Assembly (NCBI GenBank): GCA_964595645.1
Contig: CAZQQT010000004.1
Location: 143,153 to 207,152, forward strand
DNA from: an uncultured Thermococci archaeon
Lineage (GTDB): Archaea > Methanobacteriota_B > Thermococci > Methanofastidiosales > B48-G16
Length of the DNA stretch: 64,000 nucleotides
Direction: 5' to 3'
The notes under the pieces are model-generated. The model was not told the origin of the DNA and searched no databases. It saw only the letters and a program-made list of their open reading frames with translations. This document shows, in pieces, positions 56,663 through 64,000 of this stretch (the first letter of the stretch is position 1; each line of letters opens with the position of its first letter). Made by a program: the position numbers and the translations under genes.

Positions 56663-56738
56663 AGGAGTACATGGAATCAGGGTTTTATAAAGCTTTACGT
56701 GCACAAAGATTTAAAATACCAGTATGTACAGTAGATTT

Positions 56739-58049
56739 ATGAGTCTTTTCGGTACATCGGGAATCAGAGGAATCGTGAACAGGGACATCACCCCCCAGCT
56801 CGCATTGAAGGTAGGTATGGCAGTTGGAAGTGATATAGATGGCACTGTGGTGGTAGGACGTGATACGAGAACATCATCCCCTTCTCTTAGAGATGCTGTG
56901 GTCGCGGGGATTGCCTCGTGTGGAACGAACGTGTACGATATCGGCGTTGCACCGACACCCACCACCGGCATTGCGATACACACCACTGATGCTGCAGCAG
57001 GGATCACTATCACCGCATCCCACAACCCCCCAGAGTACAACGGGATAAAGTTGTGGGACGACCGCGGCGTTGCCTTCGCGGAAGAAGAGAAACGCATCGA
57101 AGACCTTATCCGTACTGAGAATTTTTCGCTTCAAAAATGGGACGCTATCGGTGCTGTGACCTATGGGCATGAGGAAGCACTACCGCAACATAAAAGAGCA
57201 ATTATCGACCATAGTACAATAGAAGAACACCATACCGTCGTCGTGGACTGCGGCAATGGTGCGGGGTCTGTCCTCTCTCCTTACGTTTTCGGGGCATGTG
57301 GAGCAACAGTCACCTCGCTCAACGCCCATCCCAGTGGGCAGTTTTCCAGGGGACTGGAGCCGAACAGAGAAAACCTTGAAACACTACGAGCCACGGTGAA
57401 GCATGGAGGTGCCGATCTCGGCATTGCACACGACGGTGACGCCGATAGAGTTGGTGTCATCGATGAGCATGGTGAGTACGTCGACTACGACGTGATCCTC
57501 GCGCTCATGGCATCGTACATCCTCGAAAGAGGAGATGTGTTTGTGACCACGGTGGACGCCTCCATGAAAATCGATCGCTACCTGGAAGAGTATGGAATCT
57601 CCGTGGAGCGAACGAGAGTTGGCGATGTCGCTGTGGCCAAAAAGGTCAACGAAATGGGTACATCATTTGGCGGAGAACCCTCAGGTACGTGGATATTCCC
57701 GGAGTTTCAGATGACCCCCGACGGTATCTACTCAGGAGTGAAGGTCCTGGAGATGCACGAGCAGTGGGATGAAATCCATAAGCTCAAAAAAGAAGTACCA
57801 TACTACGAGATACTGCGGGACAAAATCCCGTGCAAAAATGCAGAGAAGGAGACCACAATGAAGGTAATCGAGGAGAATCTGAATACCTATGATCACGTGA
57901 ACGATATCGATGGAGTTCGGGTCACGCTGGACGATGCGTGGTTCCTCATTCGTCCTTCAGGAACGGAGCCGTATATTAGAATTACCTGTGAGGCAAAAAC
58001 AAAAAAAGAGGCAAAAAAAGTAATGAAAGAGTGTAAAGCGTTGTTTTGA
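56739..58049 (+). CDS. glmM: Phosphoglucosamine mutase/phosphohexomutase
   Basis: LFGTSGIRG, GRDTR, TASHNP, DGDADR, GGEPSG, RPSGTEP. Confidence 0.9.
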   Translation: MSLFGTSGIRGIVNRDITPQLALKVGMAVGSDIDGTVVVGRDTRTSSPSLRDAVVAGIASCGTNVYDIGVAPTPTTGIAIHTTDAAAGITITASHNPPEYNGIKLWDDRGVAFAEEEKRIEDLIRTENFSLQKWDAIGAVTYGHEEALPQHKRAIIDHSTIEEHHTVVVDCGNGAGSVLSPYVFGACGATVTSLNAHPSGQFSRGLEPNRENLETLRATVKHGGADLGIAHDGDADRVGVIDEHGEYVDYDVILALMASYILERGDVFVTTVDASMKIDRYLEEYGISVERTRVGDVAVAKKVNEMGTSFGGEPSGTWIFPEFQMTPDGIYSGVKVLEMHEQWDEIHKLKKEVPYYEILRDKIPCKNAEKETTMKVIEENLNTYDHVNDIDGVRVTLDDAWFLIRPSGTEPYIRITCEAKTKKEAKKVMKECKALF

Positions 58050-58108
58050 GCTTACTTTCAATATGCTGCAAAGAGCTATTTTGGCATGCTAGAAACGCGT
58101 ACCGATCC

Positions 58109-59899
58109 TCATTTTGGAAATATAAGCGTGAAAGTGGTCCCTTTTCCTTCTTCTGTCTCCACTATAATACTTCCTCCATGTGCCTTCACAATCTTTTTCA
58201 CGATAGAAAGACCGAATCCAGATCCATCTGTAGAGTACCCCATATCAAAAATGCTATTGATATGTTCTTCCGGGATGCCTCTCCCATTATCTTTCACGAA
58301 AATTATGGATCTGTCTTTTCTATGTTCAGCGGTTACTTCCATACGTGTAGCTTCTCCATGGGTGACCGCGTTCTCTATAAGGTTATGAAAGAGTTCTCTC
58401 AATCGTTGCGGATCGCCTCGTATTATGAGAAGATCTCCTCGTTCGATCTCGACATCATATCGCTCTTTCATGCCCTCCACAAGCTCGTTGAGATCGATCT
58501 CCTCGGGTTCTCCTATTGTTTTCTCCATATCGGCGAGTTTAAGCTGCTGTGTCACAAAATTTTCCATTTTCTCTGCGATGTCAATAATTTTTTCCACGTT
58601 GTTCTTCGCTGTTTCCTCTTTTTTGAGTGAAAGCTGTGCCCTGTTCTTGATTGTGCCAATGTAATTTTTTAGATCATGGGCGACAGTGTGGGCAAAATCT
58701 GAGAGTTCTTCCTTCTGCTTTTTAAGGTTCTCCTCTGCTTTTTTACGTCCAGTAATATCCACCACGCTCCCCACAATAGCAGGTTCTCCGTTATACTCCA
58801 CAAGTGACGGTGTGAGTTGAACCCAGATGGAGCTACCGTCCTTCCGCAACGCCTGTAGTTCATGTCGGTGGGGAAGTCCAGAAATATTTCCTGTTAACGC
58901 CTGTTCCGTCCAGCTTTCAATTTCTTCTCTGTAATCAGGATGAACCAACTCCAAAAAGTCCAAGTCTTGCAACTCTTCACGGCTGTACCCGGTTATCTTT
59001 ACAAGTCCTTTATTCACTACCTTGAACCCTCCGTCCTGGAACATGTACACCCCATGAGAAGATCGTTCTGATAATACTCGATGCTCTTTTTCGCTCTCCT
59101 TCAATCTTTCCTCTATCCTTTTTCGTTCGGTAATATCGTTAAAGAGGAGAACTGCTCCAGTAAATTCATTCTCTTCTACCAACGGTACACCCTTCAGGAT
59201 GAGATACCTTGATTCTCCACCAGGAATAGCGAACGATAACTCTGTAGCCACTTTTTTACCTTTTTTAAGCCTCTCAAAAAAGTGGGATTTAATACCCGTT
59301 TCTTCCACAAATGGGATGGACTGGATCCTTTCCCAGCTTGCATCGTACGCTTTCTCAAGGGGAAATCCTAAAATTCGGTGCATTTCAGGATTGACATACT
59401 CGATCTCCATCTCTTTATTCACATGGAGGATGCCAGTGGGTGCATTTTCCAAAAGCTTTTTGTTAAATTCGGAGAGTGAATGGTACAAATCTTCTGCTTC
59501 CTTTAATCTCCTTTTTATCTCTTCTCGCTCAATTGCATGGCGGATCGCTCGAGAAAGCAGTGGTCCCCTAATTTCATCTTTCACAAGGTAGTCCTGTGCA
59601 CCCTTTCTAACCATATGTAAAGCTGTATCTTCATCTTTAAGTCCTGTCAAAACTATCACCGGTGCATCAGTTCCCTCTAATACACAGTCCAGAGTATTGA
59701 TTCCTTCACTATCTGGAAGACCGAGATCAAGCAGAATTGCATCTGGGGCGTTCTGATTGAGGTATTGGCGTGCTTCCCCCAAACTCTCCACGTGATCCAG
59801 ATCAAAGATGTCCCTGGCTTCCGCTAACATCTCCTGGATCAACCGTACATCGCCAGGATTATCTTCCACGAGCAGTAATTTTATTGCCTCTTGATACAT
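58109..59899 (-). CDS. Hybrid sensor kinase REC-PAS-PAS-HisKA-HATPase
   Basis: LLVEDN, LLDLGLPD, GAQDYLVK; two PAS domains (DITERK/DITGRK); AHDLKN, NL.ENA, DNG.G, GFGL, G.G. Confidence 0.92.
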   Translation of the reverse strand: MYQEAIKLLLVEDNPGDVRLIQEMLAEARDIFDLDHVESLGEARQYLNQNAPDAILLDLGLPDSEGINTLDCVLEGTDAPVIVLTGLKDEDTALHMVRKGAQDYLVKDEIRGPLLSRAIRHAIEREEIKRRLKEAEDLYHSLSEFNKKLLENAPTGILHVNKEMEIEYVNPEMHRILGFPLEKAYDASWERIQSIPFVEETGIKSHFFERLKKGKKVATELSFAIPGGESRYLILKGVPLVEENEFTGAVLLFNDITERKRIEERLKESEKEHRVLSERSSHGVYMFQDGGFKVVNKGLVKITGYSREELQDLDFLELVHPDYREEIESWTEQALTGNISGLPHRHELQALRKDGSSIWVQLTPSLVEYNGEPAIVGSVVDITGRKKAEENLKKQKEELSDFAHTVAHDLKNYIGTIKNRAQLSLKKEETAKNNVEKIIDIAEKMENFVTQQLKLADMEKTIGEPEEIDLNELVEGMKERYDVEIERGDLLIIRGDPQRLRELFHNLIENAVTHGEATRMEVTAEHRKDRSIIFVKDNGRGIPEEHINSIFDMGYSTDGSGFGLSIVKKIVKAHGGSIIVETEEGKGTTFTLIFPK

Positions 59900-59909
59900 T
59901 TTCCACCCC

Positions 59910-60356
59910 TCATTCTCCATTAGGTGGTAGTTTGACGATAGTAAACCAGAAATCCTCAATACTTTTTACTACTTTCTCAAACTGCGTCATATCAATCGGT
60001 TTGGTAACGTAGCAGTTTGCATGGTGGTTATAAGTTTCCAGTACATCTTCCTCGGCCTCAGAGACCGTGAGAATGACTACAGGTATCCTCTTCAGATCGC
60101 TGTCACTTTTAATCTCCTCTAGAACCTCCCTCCCATCCTTCTTTGGTAGATTCAGGTCCAAAAGGATGAGATCGGGTCTCGGTTTATCAGTAAACTTATC
60201 TCGGTTATAAAGAAAGTTCATTGCTTCTTCGCCATCTCTCACCACATGAATGGTGTTTCTAATTTTAGATTCTTTGAGTACTTCCTTAGCAAGTCGTACA
60301 TCTCCAGGATTGTCTTCAACTAAGAGTATCTCTATAGCGTTTCCTTTTATATTCAC
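59910..60356 (-). CDS. Single-domain response regulator (Rcp1-like)
   Basis: [43 protein letters not shown]. Confidence 0.93.
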   Translation of the reverse strand: MNIKGNAIEILLVEDNPGDVRLAKEVLKESKIRNTIHVVRDGEEAMNFLYNRDKFTDKPRPDLILLDLNLPKKDGREVLEEIKSDSDLKRIPVVILTVSEAEEDVLETYNHHANCYVTKPIDMTQFEKVVKSIEDFWFTIVKLPPNGE

Positions 60357-62680
60357 GTATTTTCACCTCCTCTTGTTGGTATGGTAAAATAAAACGTGGA
60401 ACCTTTGCCTTCTTCCGATTCCACCCAAATTCTTCCTCCATGACGTTCCACAATTCGCTTACAGATGGCAAGACCGATTCCTGTTTTATCGTGTTTGTCT
60501 CTAGTATGGAGGCGTTTGTAAATCTGAAAGATTTTATCCGTATACTTAGGATTGATACCAATACCATTATCCTTCACCGAGAACTCCCACTCATCTTCCT
60601 GTCTTTCTGCATTTATTTGGATTTTTGGTGTTTCCTCACTTCTGTACTCTATGGCATTGTCCAAGAGGTTTTGGAACAGTCGGACCAGCTGGTCCTTATC
60701 AGCATATACCCCGGGTAATGATTCATAAGTTACCTTTGCATTGTTCTCATTGATAAGAAACGTTAGATTACTCATTGCCTCTTCCAGAGCTTTTTCAGCC
60801 TCGACGAGCTCTGGTTCCTTTCCTCTCGTTTGCACTCGAGAGTAGGTAAGTAATCCATTGATCATTTTCTGCATTCTGGTTGCACCAGCTGATGCATAAC
60901 GGATGAACTCTTTCGCATCCTCATCTAGGGTATCCTTATATCGCTTTTCCAAAAGTTGTGTATAGCTTGCCACCATTCGCAACGGTTCCTGGAGATCGTG
61001 AGAAGCAATGTATGCAAACTGTTCTAATTCTTTGTTGGAGCGTGCTAGTTCTCTTATTACTTTCTTCAATTCTTCCTGCACCTTTTTCCGCTCAGTAATA
61101 TCACGAAAAGATGACATCATAGCGATTGGATTTCCTTCACTGTCTTTTACAACGCTGGCTGTGGATTCAGCGTGGAAGGTGGAGCCGTCTTTCTTTTGGG
61201 CTATGAGTTCGCCGGACCAACTCCCGCTCTCCTCGAGTGTTTTCATGACTTTTTCAGCTTTTTCCTGGTTTGCCCAAAACTCGGTGGCATGCTTTCCAAG
61301 AATCTCCTCTTCATCTTGATAGCCCCATAATTCAAGGAAGGAAGGATTTACGTCATTCAAAAGACCCTTCATATCAGAAATGGCAATTCCACTCAACGCT
61401 GAGTGGATTGCAAGATCTTTCATTCGAAGCGCTTTCTCCGCTTTTTTTCGCTCGGTCACCTCTCGCTCTAACTCATCGCGTGAAGCAGTGACTGCTTTTA
61501 AACTTTCAATCATTTTGTTGAAAGCAGTTGAGAGATCGCCAATCTCATCATTCCTATCAATGTCGATTTTGTGTTCAAGATTTCCTTTACCGATTATTTC
61601 TGTTTCGTTTGTTAATTTTTTAAGCGGGGTTGCGATGGTGCGGGAAATGAAAAAAGCAGTAAGAATACCTCCTACTATCAAAATAATAGAAGCAAAAATG
61701 ATGTTGTCCCTCAATGCGAAAGCGGGCGCTAATACCTCCTCTACATCATGTTTCACCACAAGAATCCATGGTAGTTCTTTAAGGTCTCTATATCCCTTTG
61801 AATGTGCATAGGAGAACAGTTTTTCTCTTTTTCCTTCCTCCGCGATAAAGAATCCTGTGTCGCCCTTTATTTTATTAAAAAAATATTTTTCAGATATATC
61901 CTCTAAAAATTGGAATGTTTCTGTCGCATAAATTAACTTTCCGTCCTCTGAGATTAACTCAATCTCTGTTGTCTCGCGTTTTCCTGTTGTAGTAATCTCA
62001 GCCTTTCGTAAAAGTTCTCTAGATGAAACTACACCTTTTATTATCCCGATGAACTTTCCACTCTCATCATGAATACTCGCCCCCACAGTAATCACATATG
62101 CTCCAGCACTTTCATCATACTCAATATTACTCACATACAACCCGTTTTCTCGTACAGTCTGCCACCATTCTTCGTCATCCTGTCGGTAATCAGAGGTTTT
62201 TTGCGTCTGAGCGATATTCGCACCATACTTATTCGTGACAAAAACTTCCAAAAAAATCCTGTGACCGTATTTATTTTCATAAAACTCAATAAATTCTTCT
62301 TTCAACGTATCAGACAAATTATTGCTGATTAACTCTTGCATGAATGGAGTTATTTCATTCTCGGGTACGGAACACCATTCCCGATCCCGTTGATTAATCC
62401 ATCCCTGTATATCATCTAATTTTTCAAACTCTTTATTTGATTTCAAAACAGCTTCTCGAAGCGGCAAACTGTTAGAATGTACTTGAACTTTCTCTAAGTT
62501 GTTATAAATATTTCGGTTTACAGTTTTCAGTATCTCCTCGGCCAAAAAAATAGTATTTTTACCGGCAGATTCCTGTAAGGATTTCTTGTTTTCACTCACT
62601 GAAAAAAAGGATAGTGCAACAATCAGCAGGATAACTACCAAAAATCCCGCAATTAATTTTGTGCTTATGGTTATCCTCAT
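60353..62680 (-). CDS. Membrane sensor histidine kinase (Cache-HAMP-PAS-HisKA-HATPase, Cph1-like core)
   Basis: 2 TM; extracellular Cache (TN.YGAN.AQT.KTSDY.Q.DE.WWQ), HAMP (DEIG.L...FN.M), [21 protein letters not shown]. Confidence 0.92.
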   Translation of the reverse strand: MRITISTKLIAGFLVVILLIVALSFFSVSENKKSLQESAGKNTIFLAEEILKTVNRNIYNNLEKVQVHSNSLPLREAVLKSNKEFEKLDDIQGWINQRDREWCSVPENEITPFMQELISNNLSDTLKEEFIEFYENKYGHRIFLEVFVTNKYGANIAQTQKTSDYRQDDEEWWQTVRENGLYVSNIEYDESAGAYVITVGASIHDESGKFIGIIKGVVSSRELLRKAEITTTGKRETTEIELISEDGKLIYATETFQFLEDISEKYFFNKIKGDTGFFIAEEGKREKLFSYAHSKGYRDLKELPWILVVKHDVEEVLAPAFALRDNIIFASIILIVGGILTAFFISRTIATPLKKLTNETEIIGKGNLEHKIDIDRNDEIGDLSTAFNKMIESLKAVTASRDELEREVTERKKAEKALRMKDLAIHSALSGIAISDMKGLLNDVNPSFLELWGYQDEEEILGKHATEFWANQEKAEKVMKTLEESGSWSGELIAQKKDGSTFHAESTASVVKDSEGNPIAMMSSFRDITERKKVQEELKKVIRELARSNKELEQFAYIASHDLQEPLRMVASYTQLLEKRYKDTLDEDAKEFIRYASAGATRMQKMINGLLTYSRVQTRGKEPELVEAEKALEEAMSNLTFLINENNAKVTYESLPGVYADKDQLVRLFQNLLDNAIEYRSEETPKIQINAERQEDEWEFSVKDNGIGINPKYTDKIFQIYKRLHTRDKHDKTGIGLAICKRIVERHGGRIWVESEEGKGSTFYFTIPTRGGENT

Positions 62681-62681
62681 C

Positions 62682-63845
62682 TTACCACCAATACTCAAGC
62701 TCACCATTCACGATCCGGGCAGGATGCAGTGGAATGGGTATATCATGCTCTCCTTCTTTAACATCAATAGCCCCAAAAACTCCATTATATGCAAATCCTT
62801 CTTCCATCAATCTTTTAAAACTCTCACGAGAAATTTCTTCATCTTCTAAAAGACCTGCCAACATCTTTATAAAATCATAGCCATTCGCCGCATAGTGATT
62901 GAAAGGTTTACCGTATTTGTCCTCGTACGTATCTTTTACCTTTTGGGCAAAGAGAAAATCCGGATTGTAAATGATAGGTGCGGCCACATGGGCTCCATTC
63001 GCCTCCGGCATATTTCTGATAGTAGGAAAGGTAGCAACGCTCGATGTAAGGACAGTACCATTAAAATTTTCTTCCTGCAATTGCTTAAATATTGTAACGA
63101 GATGAGGACTGAATCCAACAACATAGATTGCCTCTGTCTCGTTTAATTCGGCAATGTACTCTTTGAAATTGCTTTCACCTGATTCAAAAGATACACCTTG
63201 GACTGTTCCACCAGTTTTTTGAAACTCTTCTTTGAGTAATTCAAAGACTGATGTGCCATATTCATCATGTAGATACAGTATACCCAATTCCTTAACCTTC
63301 ATTTCTTGTAAAATTACTAGGATGGGTCTCACTTCTGCACTTGCCGATGTGTAATATTTGAAAACCCATTCTTTTTGCTCTGTAAGTTTTGGTGTCGAGG
63401 CTACCAATCCAACAAGCGGAACTTGATTTTTCTCAGCCAGCGGGGCTAAAGCCGTGGAGACGGAGCTTAAGGTTGAAATGTATAGAACAGGATGAACTTC
63501 ACTCTCTATTTCCTTAAAGGCCTTTTTACCTTCTTGTGTATCTGTTTTCACATCTTCAATGATCAGTTCTATCTTTCTTCCATTTATTCCTCCCCATTTA
63601 TTAACTTCGTCAACAGCCAACAGCATTCCGTCTCGTACTTCCTTTCCTGAGTATGACCCAGCTCCAGTAATCGAGAGAATTGCGCCTATCTTAATCGTCT
63701 CTTCCTCGCTTCGTATAATGAGATATAGGATTCCTGCACAAATAAGCGCTATTACTAGGAGAACTGCGGTGATTTGGTAACTCCACTTCAATTTTTTTTC
63801 ACTTTTCTCATCTGCCTCATTCGTTTTCTTTCGGCTTTTCTTCAT
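62682..63845 (-). CDS. LivJ-type (PBP1) solute-binding protein, membrane anchored
   Basis: TM, IKIGAIL..TG....G.....G..LA..E.N..GG..G..IE..IED, D.YG, A..YD. Confidence 0.88.
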   Translation of the reverse strand: MKKSRKKTNEADEKSEKKLKWSYQITAVLLVIALICAGILYLIIRSEEETIKIGAILSITGAGSYSGKEVRDGMLLAVDEVNKWGGINGRKIELIIEDVKTDTQEGKKAFKEIESEVHPVLYISTLSSVSTALAPLAEKNQVPLVGLVASTPKLTEQKEWVFKYYTSASAEVRPILVILQEMKVKELGILYLHDEYGTSVFELLKEEFQKTGGTVQGVSFESGESNFKEYIAELNETEAIYVVGFSPHLVTIFKQLQEENFNGTVLTSSVATFPTIRNMPEANGAHVAAPIIYNPDFLFAQKVKDTYEDKYGKPFNHYAANGYDFIKMLAGLLEDEEISRESFKRLMEEGFAYNGVFGAIDVKEGEHDIPIPLHPARIVNGELEYWW

Positions 63846-64000
63846 TTATACCCGTTCTCCAAAAATTAAGCAGTTATACTCTTCTTTTTTTGTACTTATT
63901 ATTAATTATTATGCATATCAAGCTTTATAATTCTTTTGTCAGTATGGGTTTGGCACTAAATTCTCATCACCTCTTTCACAACTAACAGGGCGTTATACAA

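Noticed and set aside
612-63780. Many overlapping or antisense ORFs in the track (e.g. 1105-1782, 35493-36071, 38271-38969, 58046-58630) and long N-terminal extensions (28311, 46276, 52991, 59959)
   Set aside because: Shadows of well-supported genes without motifs or RBS; better starts with RBS/TATA support lie downstream

Overview
Archaeal chromosomal DNA, shown by aRF1 (NIKS/GGQ), CDP-archaeol synthase CarS, a RAD55/KaiC ATPase, GGTGA ribosome-binding sites and TATA-box/leaderless promoters. The gene inventory suggests an anaerobic euryarchaeote near Thermococci/Methanofastidiosia/Theionarchaea (inference only). There are four zones. (1) 1-30 kb: a mosaic surface-glycan locus with nucleotide-sugar enzymes, a flippase, GT2s, an Alg13/14-like pair and GT-C-like membrane proteins. 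It embeds a complete phosphonate cassette (cytidylyltransferase-PEP mutase, phosphonopyruvate decarboxylase, NTP transferase, phosphonoacetaldehyde reductase) directly downstream of a LicD transferase, plus a B12 radical SAM enzyme, an alkaline-phosphatase-superfamily enzyme and several decaying genes. The best candidate for an undescribed system is this putative archaeal 2-hydroxyethylphosphonate-glycan pathway. (2) 24-26 kb and 30-43.5 kb: about 14 toxin-antitoxin modules (AbiE x2, RelBE x2, MNT-HEPN x2, VapBC/PIN x5, orphans). Toxins are repeatedly broken while antitoxins stay intact. The zone also has an exact 302-bp duplication, hairpin-rich intergenic elements and short shared motifs, but no integrase or transposase. 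(3) 43.5-58 kb: housekeeping genes (LigD phosphoesterase, Lrp, Wzy-like operon, RAD55, aRF1, ArgRS, CarS, GlmM), an unlisted 52-aa Zn-finger gene, and a divergent UbiA prenyltransferase coupled to two paralogous wHTH/DUF1724-like regulators. (4) 58-64 kb: a solute-binding protein plus kinase/receiver/hybrid-kinase signalling operon. No rRNA, tRNA or CRISPR array was recognised. All calls are from motif recognition by eye; no database searches were run.
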